The notes: generated by a model not told the origin, from the letters alone. Positions 1 through 13,881 are shown, counted from the first letter of the whole stretch. The stretch is DNA of 63,960 nt, filler included, from Octopus bimaculoides (GCF_001194135.2; 7 parts of 6 records of this genome joined end to end with filler, not necessarily neighbours in it); one strand, 5' to 3'. Translations and numbers: made by a program.

Positions 1-246
1 CGTCGTCGTCATCATCATCATCATCATTTTCATCATTATCGCTTAAGTAGATATTAGTTTTTACCGATACATTATCAACCTTATCAGGCTATAATAATGT
101 CTTTCAGATGATATCTGCTAAGGAAGAAGATATTAAAATAACAATATGATACTTTGGTTTGCTTCTTTTTTTAAAACAAAATCGTATACGTATAGGTTTA
201 TGTCACTCTGTATGTGTATATGCGTATCTACGTGTGTGCGTCTGCG

Positions 247-299
<53 letters not shown>

Positions 300-1603
300 A
301 TAAAAATGTGTGTATATATCTGTGTGAATATATATACATATAGTAGATAGATAGATAGATAGATAGATAGATATAAATATGTGTGTATGTGTGTGTGTGA
401 GTATGTATATATATGTATATGCATGTATGTATGTATGTATGTGTATGCATGATCTGTGTGTGTGAGAGAGTATGTATATATATATGTNNNNNNNNNNNNN
501 NNNNNNNNNNNNNNNNNNNNNNNNNNNNNNNNNNNNNNNNNNNNNNNNNNNNNNNNNNNNNNNNNNNNNNNNNNNNNNNNNNNNNNNNNNNNNNNNNNNN
601 NNNNNNNNNNNNNNNNNNNNNNNNNNNNNNNNNNNNNNNNNNNNNNNNNNNNNNNNNNNNNNNNNNNNNNNNNNNNNNNNNNNNNNNNNNNNNNNNNNNN
701 NNNNNNNNNNNNNNNNNNNNNNNNNNNNNNNNNNNNNNNNNNNNNNNNNNNNNNNNNNNNNNNNNNNNNNNNNNNNNNNNNNNNNNNNNNNNNNNNNNNN
801 NNNNNNNNNNNNNNNNNNNNNNNNNNNNNNNNNNNNNNNNNNNNNNNNNNNNNNNNNNNNNNNNNNNNNNNNNNNNNNNNNNNNNNNNNNNNNNNNNNNN
901 NNNNNNNNNNNNNNNNNNNNNNNNNNNNNNNNNNNNNNNNNNNNNNNNNNNNNNNNNNNNNNNNNNNNNNNNNNNNNNNNNNNNNNNNNNNNNNNNNNNN
1001 NNNNNNNNNNNNNNNNNNNNNNNNNNNNNNNNNNNNNNNNNNNNNNNNNNNNNNNNNNNNNNNNNNNNNNNNNNNNNNNNNNNNNNNNNNNNNNNNNNNN
1101 NNNNNNNNNNNNNNNNNNNNNNNNNNNNNNNNNNNNNNNNNNNNNNNNNNNNNNNNNNNNNNNNNNNNNNNNNNNNNNNNNNNNNNNNNNNNNNNNNNNN
1201 NNNNNNNNNNNNNNNNNNNNNNNNNNNNNNNNNNNNNNNNNNNNNNNNNNNNNNNNNNNNNNNNNNNNNNNNNNNNNNNNNNNNNNNNNNNNNNNNNNNN
1301 NNNNNNNNNNNNNNNNNNNNNNNNNNNNNNNNNNNNNNNNNNNNNNNNNNNNNNNNNNNNNNNNNNNNNNNNNNNNNNNNNNNNNNNNNNNNNNNNNNNN
1401 NNNNNNNNNNNNNNNNNNNNNNNNNNNNNNNNNNNNTGTGTGTGTGTGTGTGTGTGAGTGTGTGTGTGTGCGTGCAAACACACCCACATATAATTCTACA
1501 TACATGCACATACATACGGGCGTATTTATATGCGAGAGCATTGTTAATTTATATACGTGCTTTGTGGTGTATACAGGCCTGGTTAAGTGTGTATATGCAT
1601 CAT

Positions 1604-1674
<71 letters not shown>

Positions 1675-2025
1675 TACATATAAACATTCTCTATCTCGCT
1701 TTATTACCCAATGCATATTTGTAGCAAGAATATACAAACATGCCTATGTATAGATGCATATATATATACATTTATATATGTAAACGTGTATGTTCGAGTA
1801 CGTGTTTGCGTATTTGTATGCACATGTGTGAGTATGTGTGTTTATTTGTATGTGCATGTATCTGTGTATGTGTTTGTATGTGTATCTGTGTCTGTGTGTG
1901 TGTGCACCCACGCGCATGCAATATAAATAGTCTTTCCTTTATTAAATATCTTGTCGAGTCGTATTTGTTGAAAAGACAGTTGAGAGACTAGAAAGATCAG
2001 AAATGCAGAAAATGAGAGAGGAAAT

Positions 2026-2094
<69 letters not shown>

Positions 2095-2427
2095 TACACA
2101 CGATCACCATATGACCAAAACATACTCAAATGTAGTCACTTCGGGGACCATTTTAGCATTAAGAAGTGTACTCTTTTGAATTACCATCCATATTCATACA
2201 TACATACATATACGACGGGCTTCTTTCGACACGATTACCATCAATCACATATCTTTCACAAAGCATTGATGATGTTCTCGTAGAATACCCATGCCAGAAG
2301 TGCAGCGCAGGTCGCATCGAAACCGGAACGACGAGCTTACGAATCGAACTTCCTTCTTACTATACATCTATACGCACAACTTCGCTTTATATTCTTACTT
2401 TCTGTTTCTAAATCCAAATGCAGCTCT

Positions 2428-2828
2428 TTACTCTTTTATTTGTTTTAGTCATTTGACTGTGGCCATGCTGGAGCACTGCCTTTAGTCGAGCAAATTGACC
2501 CCAGGACTAACTCTTTGTAAGCCTAGTACTTATTCTATCGGTCTCTTTTGCCGAACCGCTAAGTTATGGGGACGAAAACACACCAGCATTGGTTGTCAAG
2601 CGACGTTGGGGGGACAAACACAGACACACAAACATAAACACACACATACATATGTTTATGTACATACGACGGGCTTCTTTCAGTTTCCGTCTACCAAATC
2701 CACTCACAAGGCTTTGGTTGGCCCGAGGCTATAGTAGAAGACACTTGCCCAAGGTGCCACGCAGTGGGACTGAACCCGAAACCATGCGATTCGTAAGCAA
2801 GCTACTTACCACACAGCCACTCCTACGC
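2428..2828 (-). mobile_element. tRNA-headed octopus-type SINE, family A, near full length
   Basis: Head agtggctgtgtggtaag..gggttcagtcccactgcgtggcaccttgggcaagtgtcttctactatagcc, internal (CA)n. Related copies at 2205-2375(-), 16285-16480(+), 33420-33785(+), 39685-39785(-), 41865-42050(+), 43560-43740(-), 44180-44420(-). Confidence 0.9.
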
Positions 2829-3654
2829 TGTTCATTTTGTTTAACTAAAATGTACCAGTAATAACTCATCGCTTTGAGAAATGTCTGTTGCGCCTAATGC
2901 ACAGAAGCCAAAATCAACTGAACAAACAATTCCAATTACACGAGGCAATGAAAGAGCCTCGATCGACATCACAAAAATAACAGTTGAATATCCTCGAATC
3001 ACACACTATCAAAGTAAAAAAAACAGAAGAGTACAAAAGAAGACAAAGATATACAGCACGGTTTTGCGTGTGAAGCCCGGTTATTAAAGGACTTGAGGAT
3101 CCAATCAATGATGACCAGGGGCTGGATGATAACAACAACAACAAACAACAGCAATAAAAAGAATATTTTATATAGTTTTTGCCTTCTTGACAGTAAGTAA
3201 ATATAGCACTTTAATCGTCTCAATCATTTAGTTTGACATCTGCTGTACCATTATTCTGACAGTATTATTAATTATTAANNNNNNNNNNNNNNNNNNNNNN
3301 NNNNNNNNNNNNNNNNNNNNNNNNNNNNNNNNNNNNNNNNNNNNNNNNNNNNNNNNNNNNNNNNNNNNNNNNNNNNNNNNNNNNNNNNNNNNNNNNNNNN
3401 NNNNNNNNNNNNNNNNNNNNNNNNNNNNNNNNNNNNNNNNNNNNNNNNNNNNNNNNNNNNNNNNNNNNNNNNNNNNNNNNNNNNNNNNNNNNNNNNNNNN
3501 NNNNNNNNNNNNNNNNNNNNNNNNNNNNNNNNNNNNNNNNATATACATATATATACATATATATACGTATATATATATATATATATATGTGTGTGTATTT
3601 ATATATGTACATATATGTTTATAAATATATATAAATTTCTATGTATATATGCTG

Positions 3655-3685
<31 letters not shown>

Positions 3686-4225
3686 TATATAAGTACATAT
3701 GTATATATATGCATATATGTATGTATGTATGTATGTTTGTATGTATGCATGTATGTACGTATGCATGTATGTCTGTATAATTTTATCGATATTTGTTTAA
3801 CCATATGTATACATGTTTGGGTGTGCGTGTATCTGTGTGTGTGTCTGTGTGTGCATGTGTAATATATGCATGCATGTGTTCCTCAGCGTGTGTGAGGACA
3901 CTAAAACTCAGGGAAACTCCACAGAGATCTTATCCTGTCCATATGAAGTATTCATGTGTGCCTGTGAAAGTGTGAGCGCACGCGTCTGAAGATGTATGTA
4001 TAAGTACGCACACACACCAAACACACCACACATACACACACACACGCACACACCAAACACAGACACACCACACACATGCACTCACATACACACACACATA
4101 CACACGTGTAAAATAAGTAAGATATATGTCCTTCGTTTATTATTTTTTTTCTTCTGTCCTGTCCAATCACATTCGAACAGAGAGGTAAATACAAGATATT
4201 TCTCTATCAACCTCATCATGTAGAT

Positions 4226-4465
4226 GCGAAAACACCAAAAAGCTCCACGAGGCTCCGGCAGGGGATGGTGGCGAACCCTGCTGTGAAATTAACGTGCAAG
4301 TGGCTGAGCACTCCACAGACACGTGTACCCTTAACGTAGTTCTCAGGGATATTCAGCGTGACACAGTGTGACAAGGCTGACCCTTTCGAATTACAGGCAC
4401 AACAGAAACAGGAAGTAAGAGTGAGAGAAAGTTGTGGTGAAAGAGTACAGCAGGGTTCACCACCA
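4226..4465. mobile_element. SINE family B copy with internal inversion
   Basis: 4226-4284 is sense, 4285-4465 antisense relative to 20993-21373; tggtggcgaaccctgctgt is present in both orientations. Confidence 0.85.
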
Positions 4466-4509
4466 NNNNNNNNNNNNNNNNNNNNNNNNNNNNNNNNNNN
4501 NNNNNNNNN

Positions 4510-4521
4510 TTAATTAATTAA
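4510..4521. other. Assembly gap linker TTAATTAATTAA (artefact)
   Basis: Identical 12-mer centred in N runs at 4510, 31937, 46489, 52572, 57277 and 60055; palindromic, with stop codons in all six frames. Confidence 0.97.
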
Positions 4522-4565
4522 NNNNNNNNNNNNNNNNNNNNNNNNNNNNNNNNNNNNNNNNNNNN

Positions 4566-4604
<39 letters not shown>

Positions 4605-4879
4605 GTATATATATATATGTATGTATATATTCATACATATAGAGAGATAGATAAATACTCATGTGTCCGCCTAAAATATACATAAACGCACACACACGCA
4701 CACATATACACATACACACGCATACATACATACACACATACATACATACACACATACATACATACATATATATACATATGAATGCGTATGTAACGTGATT
4801 ATAGTTTTTCGAATTGGTAACTATACTTTGATCTTAGCTAAAATAATGAGAAGCATCCTTTTTGCCTAACAAGAAAGTG

Positions 4880-5672
4880 ATTTTAAATTGTTAAATTTAT
4901 TTGAGTTTCCGTGAGGCTGAAATAACAGACAGCATCCTGAAATTAGTGGACATCTTTACAATGTACGTAATGTTGTGTAAGGTCCGGTGAACACGGAAAG
5001 TATTTTGGTGAACTTTTTTGTCCAATTCATCTGTTCGGCAACATCTTTTCAATGTACGACATGGCAACGCTTCATCAAGGCCCTCATATTACTCTGCTAA
5101 TATGGAGCTGCCGATCTTTCTGACAATAAGACTCTACATCTTCACAGGCCCTTTGAATGCTTAGCATAACAGATTACTGAAGCATGTTCAACTATATAGG
5201 ATCAACCACAGCGCCGTCTGAAACGGTGATATGTCGCAGTATTATGTTAATCCTGATAAATTAACGTCATGTTTCTCCGTAATATGCGGATTCTCTGATC
5301 CCCCACTAGGTGGAATTTCGGAAGTTAATCAACCCATTTAATGTAAATATTGTCTCATCACACTCCAAACTTTTTTGTTTGATAGTGTATATCTTCAACA
5401 CATCTTCATCACCATGTACCAGTCCACTTTTCGGTTGGGATCACCTTCATTGAGAGCTTGGATTATTCGTGATATGGATGTTTATGAATGTCAATGTCAG
5501 TTGATGTTTGGTTTTGGATGTCTTTACAATACCTCTTTACTTGAACTCTGCTAATACCTTTCCAATGGCCATTCATGTTCTGTGAGGCTATCTGATGTCT
5601 ATGCTCTTATGGAATGTTTCTTGTAACATACCATTTCCATCCGCTTCAAAGTTACCTCTCATTCGAGAGATT
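4880..5672 (-). mobile_element. Tc1/mariner remnant, rosa (DD41D)-like
   Basis: IIQALNEGDPNRKVDW..WS.DETIFTLNGLINFRNST*WG.ENPH..SPDLT with multiple frameshifts. Subgroup assignment is by motif similarity only. Confidence 0.7.
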
Positions 5673-6541
5673 NNNNNNNNNNNNNNNNNNNNNNNNNNNN
5701 NNNNNNNNNNNNNNNNNNNNNNNNNNNNNNNNNNNNNNNNNNNNNNNNNNNNNNNNNNNNNNNNNNNNNNNNTTTAGATAAAATCCAAGACATATACATA
5801 TGTACGCACTTCAACCACACATATCTCCCATTAATACACCCATATTTTTGTTTTGTTACTTATTTTGCTAATATATATCAACATACATACACACGCACAC
5901 ATATATAGAAATATATGTGTATGTTGTATATGTGTCCATATGCTTGAGTCATATCTATGTATGAGTTTATGTATGTATCTATGTATACGCATATATTTAT
6001 ATATAGAGAGAGACAAAGAGGTGGGTGGAGAGAGAGATTGCTGAAAGACATCCTAAGCGACAAAGATTGAGAACTCACATTATAATTATTCTTCTACTCA
6101 GGTTACTATTTATAACTGTTTTATATTTCATTTAAATTAGCCGCTGGTGATCGTAAAATAGAGTGTCTTATGCCGTGATTATTTCGACGATAGTGTTTAA
6201 GTAAAACAGCCGTCTAACAACATTTATCTTTCGTTTCTGGTAAACTGATTGTTAAATAAAGGTATAGATTCAATTATGCTACTGTCAATGTCTTTACGAG
6301 TAAATCTCGTGTTGATTGTGTCTTAAAATAATTTGTTATCTAGCTAAGTATAAGTACACATGTATGTAAGTATGTATGTATGTATCTATGTATGTATGTA
6401 TGTATGTATGTACGTAGGTAGGTAGGTATATATGTATGTGTATGTACATATATGTGCCTGTATCAGTGTATGCAAATGATTATATACGTATGAATATATG
6501 TGAATATATACGTATATATATGTATATATACATACACACAC

Positions 6542-6581
<40 letters not shown>

Positions 6582-7099
6582 GTATATATATATATATATA
6601 TAATTCATATATATGTATATATATGTTTGTATGTGTGTATGTGTGTACATGTATATATGCGTGTGCGTGTGTATTTATATGTATGATACGTTGATTGAAA
6701 GATATTGAAATACGCATATATGTACATATATAAATATATATATATATATATACACACATAAATACATACATATATATATGCACCTATATTTATATTCATC
6801 TATACATACTGGCACATGTCTGTCTGTCTGTCTGTATGTATGTATGTATGTGTGTATGTATGTATGTATATATGTATGTATGCATTATCTATGTATAAAC
6901 GTATTTCTACGACACTTAATGCCACTGGATTTTTTATATTAATGTTTTACCACTTAGACAACCAATTGACTCTTTTGATGAATTACCTATCCACACAACA
7001 AACCCAGAATAGATTTTATCTTAAATTCATAGATATTTGAATATATTGTTTTAGAAAAAAATACACGGCTACATACATACGCTTATATAACTTTGGCAT

Positions 7100-7397
7100 C
7101 AAGTACTACAGGAATGTCCGCACGGGTCGCCACTGCATGGTGCCAAAGGTGCGGTCCACTGCATCTCACATAAGAACAAGATACTGCAGCAGCCTCGGTT
7201 TCAGAGGACCTCAGCTCTTCAATGCCCTGCCAAAACATATGAGAGACCTGCAAGACACGGATGTGGAGGTCTTCAAGACAAAACTCGACGCTTTCCTCTC
7301 CACGATACCAGACGAACTAATGGCTCGAAATGAGACACAGTTTAGGGCAGCGATGTCAAATTCTCTTATACACCAGATGTGCCATCAAAACTCTTGA
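7100..7397 (+). mobile_element. CR1/L2-group LINE ORF2 3' end
   Basis: SLGFRGPQLFNALPKHMRDL..FKTKLDAFLSTIPDE..AAMSNSL matches the C-terminal signature of this group. Confidence 0.8.
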
Positions 7398-7599
7398 TTG
7401 GTCGAGTTTGCTTTTACCCTTTCGTGGTCGATAAATTAAATACCAGTCTCGTACTTATATCGATCTAATCGACTGGTCCCCACTCTCCCAAAATCTAGGC
7501 TCTTGTACCTAGAATAGAAAAGAATATTTTTATTTTGTTATTTTCGTGCATGCGCATCGATAGATTTTTGATTTTGTCGATTACACATAATTGTAGGAT

Positions 7600-8286
7600 A
7601 AGTTGAATACCGTATGTGAGAAACAACAGCACCATAACGCAATTTACGCTGCCAGAAATGTGGAAAAGACATGCTGAACTTCTTGGCATTCGCAGACATT
7701 TCAGAGTGTTTAGCTATCAATTAGAACTTTTCAGAGTGTCTGTGAATTAGAGAAGACTGATATGTACTGAGAGTGATAACGATTTGGAGTGATCACTAGT
7801 GATGGCGACATCATGCCTCCATTCATCTTACCATGCGGCTTCAAATTCAACACGGAGGCCTACATCAAGGGCCTAGAGGCATGAAGAGGGTGGCTGCTGG
7901 ATGGCCCTATGTCTAGCAACAGGACTCTGCTACACAAGCAGGAGAACCCATTCATGTCTGTCAGACAATATCTGCGACCACATCACCTCTAAAATCTAGC
8001 CACTATTCTCCCCAGACTGCAACCCACTTGATTATTATGTGTGCGGTGCAGTTGAGCGACAGAACAACAAAACAACTTCGAACACCAACTTAAACAATGA
8101 GACCAACCAGAAGAGTTGCAGGAAATTCCGAAGTCGTCTGGAGGCCTGGCGATTTTATTGAATACATTTACTCATTAGAATTGCGAGATATTTTTATGTA
8201 CTTCTGGAAAATATATCTGTTAAATGTGTCAATGCTATTTACATTTTTGCGTAATTTAGACGACAATATTTTCACAGCATCTTGTA
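7600..8286 (+). mobile_element. maT/DD37D-like Tc1/mariner remnant
   Basis: SDGDIMPPFI..FNTEAYIK..RPYV*QQDSA..SPDCNPLDYYVCGAVER; ends in a TIR-like gacgacaatattttcacagcatcttgta. Confidence 0.8.
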
Positions 8287-8326
8287 CATCTATCTATCTA
8301 TCTATCTCTCTCTCTACATATATATG

Positions 8327-8387
<61 letters not shown>

Positions 8388-8400
8388 ATATGTATGTATG

Positions 8401-8491
<91 letters not shown>

Positions 8492-8709
8492 ATACATGTA
8501 TATATCTATATAGGTAGATAGATCGATAGATCGCTAAATGTGATTCTAACAGCTTAAATATAATCTCTAACAGTATACTAAACTTCCATATTTTATATAA
8601 CGTGATACCGACTAATTTCACGCTTGGACACACACGCGGAAGTCCTGATACACTGATATATTGCTATAAGTGTAATATATATATCTGATATATGTATATA
8701 TGTGTGTGC

Positions 8710-8769
<60 letters not shown>

Positions 8770-9334
8770 GTGTACCTATGTATACATGTCCGCAACTATA
8801 TATGTATACATATACAGGTGCACGTGTATATATGCGTAATTATTCATGTATCTACACGTGTGTGCCTCTTTATATACATAGACGATAGAAAACCAATTAT
8901 CAGTTATTCCGTTTCATTTAATCATATTCCGGTCAATAACTTCTGCGAAGGAATTTAGGAATTATTTTTTCTTTGACCACAGTGAAAATGTATATACTTC
9001 TATTCTTTTATTTTAACTGATTTACAACTTCTATTTTTTCTTCTTTCATGATTCACAACTAACGCCATGCTGAAAACTAGCCTTCCTTCTGCATTAAAAG
9101 AAACAAATACATGTATATATATAATACACTCGTTCTACTTTCTCACTCGGTTGTCCTTCTGATTCTCTTATGCCGATTCCACTTTTACGAATCAAAGAAT
9201 TTAGTATAAGATTAGTTTTCATTTTTTTCTTATATTTGCAACATTTTGTGTATTTCTGCTGATACATATATGTCTGTGTGTATGTGTGTATGTGTGTGTA
9301 TGCATTTATTTATATATATATGCGTGTGTGTGTG

Positions 9335-9381
<47 letters not shown>

Positions 9382-12066
9382 ATTTTTCTGATGTATCCCA
9401 ATTTTTTTTTGCTTAGTCACTTAAGCATTTCAAAAAGGACATATATATATCAATAGGCCTTGAAATTCCTAAAGATTGCAGAATAACTTTCTATCGCGAA
9501 CCTTTGTCGAAATGAGTGTTAGAGAATAACAGTCCAACCTGTCTTTCTTGTTTGCCTTTTCAAGTTTTCAAACGAATCTCTCGCATGACATTATGTTATC
9601 ATAGATTTCCTGACGCTGTTTCAAAGTGTGAAATATTAGTTATTCTTGTTTCATCATTGTGTAACTCCTAAGTTAAAAGAGGTTCGGTCAATGAAGTTCA
9701 ACTGATACATACATACAGAAATAAAGACATCCGTCCATACATAGGCACACATATATGTACCTGTTTCCGTAACAGCCGTTATTACTTGCTATAAATAGAT
9801 GCTAAATTAAGTGTTGTAGAATACGAACGTTTAACGTTAGACTTATTCAATATTCAATCGTACTTTGGGGTAGAACATTGTCTAAAGTGTGAAACTGTCG
9901 TGGTGAATGATCTTGCAAATAAAACTTTATATTAGAAAGGTTATATTCAGTTTTCTATTTGGTCCATAATAATACAATGAAGTCTCATTATTACGAATGA
10001 TAGAAGTGTGATCACTTACCGTAGTAGATGAATTACACAAAGGCATATATCTAGCACGTGTAGATTGGGAATTGCTTTACGTACAACGATCAATATTTGA
10101 AATTCTACGGCTATTTTTATTATTTCTAAACTAAATATCATTTTAGATTCAGATGTGCAGTACGTAGACATATCCATTATTAGGTTTTACATACCACTTG
10201 GTATACCAATCATAATTTGCGAAACTAATATGGTTTGTCAAGGAGAGTTTTTTTTGCGTTTTTTTTTGTTTTTATTTTTATATTTGGAGGAATTCATTGT
10301 ATTGTTTATTGGAAAAGTACGAAGAGCGATAACATTTATCTATGTTATTAGGAACGTTCAATGTTTGTCCAGAAGGAAACTTTTTTCATATACTTATAAT
10401 ATTTAACCACATGCTTACAAGAGGGATTGGTATTACTAATTTAATAATTTGAACGACTCATAGTTTAGGTTTACTATTATTCATATATTATATTTCCTTG
10501 CCATAACCTCATCATATTAAAACATCATCACATTAAGCTGAAATATTATGAAATATTTTTCGTTAACTTATTAATAAGAAATTACAATTGATATATTTTT
10601 AACTAAATGTTTTCTAATGGATCTAGAATTATTCAAATTATTATTTATCTTGTGAAGATTATCATTAGGTTAATGATTTGGATGATATAGGTGTGAATAT
10701 ACATTAACAGCTGTATGAGGAAAATCAACAATTTTGGTACACCTTTCAAAGTTAATGGTTACATTATAAGTTCTAAAATTGAAATAACTATTAACGATAT
10801 TTAACAGAAAATCATCAAGGTGTAGACCATCGCCCTAAGGTATGGAACATGTCTATGAAATACAAAAACGATAGCAGCCTGACTCTGTCAGTTGCATAAT
10901 AAATTTTAAAATAATGACATCTAGATTTTCTAGTACAAAAATTATCACTGACAAATATAATTGTGTCACTGGCTACTAAAATATTATCTATTTTTATAGC
11001 AGTTAAATGATATCATTCTAGCGAAGATGGGGAGGAGTAGGGAAATGGAAGAATGATAATAGTAATTATCAAGTTGAAAGAACTATTATTTTTCCGTTTT
11101 CTAGATTACATCAACAATGTTATTACAAACAGATGTTTAAACATATTTCTTGAAGGTAGGTATTACAGTATTTATTATATCTTCCAATTTTACCCATGTC
11201 AGACTTCGATGATCTCATTAATCTAATAGAAGCATTTTCAAGAGAGTCTCTCTTATGGACAATCATAAACAAAGTGAGGAGTTCTTGGTGTTAAATGTTT
11301 CATTCACATCTTGCAAACGACTCAGCGCACTGAAACTCAAATTATGACTGACTGAAATTACTTCTTAAACCAATTTCAGTCTAAAATGCACCTCATATTT
11401 GATCAACCTATCGCAGATAAGGTCTCATTTGGTTCATAATGCTTGCAGGGTACATGCTAGTAATGCCACACAGATTTCAAATCAGCTCTCCAGCAGCATC
11501 CCACCCACATTGGACACAAGAAAGAGACTATTTCGTTCACTTCATACATACAAACACACACATATACACATGAGCAAACACCCAAACACAAGCACATATG
11601 TATGTTTTGTGTGTACACACACACTCACACACACATACACACACACGCAAATATATATAATTGTTCAAGAGTATAACAAACGTTAAGGCAAAATAAACAG
11701 CTCAAGTCATATGCATTATTATTAGGAAAATATTCAAAGTCTTACAATTTTTTTCGGGAATATCCCAGAGTATGGGATATTCCGTAGTTGGAGACAAATA
11801 GGAAAAAAGAATAGGGTATAGTTTAATGAAATGATGACATAGAGGATAGGAGTAAAGGAATAAGGAGATGCAGAAAGTGAAGAAAAAAGGCATAAAAGTT
11901 TATAGTTCAACTTCAACGTTTGTTGTCCTCTTTAACGGTTATATATGCGCGATGTTTGAAATCTGCAATGGCCCCATAACTAGAGTCTCGGCTATAACCT
12001 TGGCCGTTACATCACTTACCTAGCGTATTTAGTCGTTTAGATCACCTGTCAACTAAAACCCATTAT

Positions 12067-12097
<31 letters not shown>

Positions 12098-12703
12098 NNN
12101 NNNNNNNNNNNNNNNNNNNNNNNNNNNNNNNNNNNNNNNNNNNNNNNNNNNNNNNNNNNNNNNNNNNNNNNNNNNNNNNNNNNNNNNNNNNNNNNNNNNN
12201 NNNNNNNNNNNNNNNNNNNNNNNNNNNNNNNNNNNNNNNNNNNNNNNNNNNNNNNNNNNNNNNNNNNNNNNNNNNNNNNNNNNNNNNNNNNNNNNNNNNN
12301 NNNNNNNNNNNNNNNNNNNNNNNNNNNNNNNNNNNNNNNNNNNNNNNNNNNNNNNNNNNNNNNNNNNNNNNNNNNNNNNNNNNNNNNNNNNNNNNNNNNN
12401 NNNNNNNNNNNNNNNNNNNNNNNNNNNNNNNNNNNNNNNNNNNNNNNNNNNNNNNNNNNNNNNNNNNNNNNNNNNNNNNNNNNNNNNNNNNNNNNNNNNN
12501 NNNNNNNNNNNNNNNNNNNNNNNNNNNNNNNNNNNNNNNNNNNNNNNNNNNNNNNNNNNNNNNNNNNNNNNNNNNNNNNNNNNNNNNNNNNNNNNNNNNN
12601 NNNNNNNNNNNNNNNNNNNNNNNNNNNNNNNNNNNNNNNNNNNNNNNNNNNNNNNNNNNNNNNNNNNNNNNNNNNNNNNNNNNNNNNNNNNNNNNNNNNN
12701 NNN

Positions 12704-13260
12704 AAGTATATTTGCCATTTAAATGTGGCTGACCCCTAAGGGTGGATGATACTGTTGCTTTTAGCCCCAGGAGAACATCTCCTCCAGCTGGCTTATCGAC
12801 ACACATCTGTGTCCTGTCTATTTTTGCCAAGGGAAGTTATCCCTCCCCATCTTGATCTGCGATACGTTCGGACCCGTGTTTCAGGGTTATTTCCCTTCTT
12901 CAGCGTACGATAATCGCCGACCTTCGATGAGAAAGACAATCTCTTGGCAAAATATAAGTCTTTTTTCCAGTGAGGTTCTTCACTGATATCGAAAAAGTGA
13001 AAACAAGCAATGATAAATCTCTGAACGAGGTATTAACAGTAACTGCACGATGAAGTGAAGTATATTTGCCATTTGGGAGGGATAACCTCCCTTGGCAAAA
13101 ATAGACAGGACACAGATGTGTGTCGATAAGCCACCTGGAGGAGATGTTCTCCTGGGGCTAAAAGGAACAGTAACATCCACCCTTAGGGGTCAGCCACATT
13201 TAAATGGCAAATATACTTCACTTTATCGTGCAGTTACTGTTAATACCTCGTTCAGAGATT

Positions 13261-13261
<1 letters not shown>
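12704..13261 (-). mobile_element. Ribozyme-bearing fold-back element (Penelope pLTR / retrozyme-like, non-autonomous)
   Basis: 12704-12847 is the reverse complement of 13075-13218 (4 mismatches/144). 13015-13074 is the reverse complement of 13202-13261 (1 mismatch/60). HHR1 lies between them. Both flanks abut microsatellite/gap. Confidence 0.75.
12859..12917 (-). ncRNA. Type-I hammerhead ribozyme motif (HHR1)
   Basis: Minus strand reads GCGAU-UAU-CGUACG-CUGAAGA-AGGG-AAAUAA-CCCU-GAAA-C-ACGG-GUC/CGAACG-U-AUCGC. Intact core CUGAAGA/GAAA, 4-bp stem II, 2-bp stem III, GUC triplet, stem I 5/6 bp plus a 5-bp extension. Confidence 0.88.
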
Positions 13262-13299
<38 letters not shown>

Positions 13300-13815
13300 N
13301 NNNNNNNNNNNNNNNNNNNNNNNNNNNNNNNNNNNNNNNNNNNNNNNNNNNNNNNNNNNNNNNNNNNNNNNNNNNNNNNNNNNNNNNNNNNNNNNNNNNN
13401 NNNNNNNNNNNNNNNNNNNNNNNNNNNNNNNNNNNNNNNNNNNNNNNNNNNNNNNNNNNNNNNNNNNNNNNNNNNNNNNNNNNNNNNNNNNNNNNNNNNN
13501 NNNNNNNNNNNNNNNNNNNNNNNNNNNNNNNNNNNNNNNNNNNNNNNNNNNNNNNNNNNNNNNNNNNNNNNNNNNNNNNNNNNNNNNNNNNNNNNNNNNN
13601 NNNNNNNNNNNNNNNNNNNNNNNNNNNNNNNNNNNNNNNNNNNNNNNNNNNNNNNNNNNNNNNNNNNNNNNNNNNNNNNNNNNNNNNNNNNNNNNNNNNN
13701 NNNNNNNNNNNNNNNNNNNNNNNNNNNNNNNNNNNNNNNNNNNNNNNNNNNNNNNNNNNNNNNNNNNNNNNNNNNNNNNNNNNNNNNNNNNNNNNNNNNN
13801 NNNNNNNNNNNNNNN

Positions 13816-13881
<66 letters not shown>

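Noticed and set aside
146-2129. Long ORFs rich in CV/HT/YI/LS repeats here and throughout the track
   Set aside because: Translations of dinucleotide and tetranucleotide microsatellites and N gaps.
2880-3145. Coding-like stretch ending in an (AAC)n tail, possibly a LINE 3' end
   Set aside because: Only vague resemblance to RLE C-terminal motifs; not diagnosable by eye.
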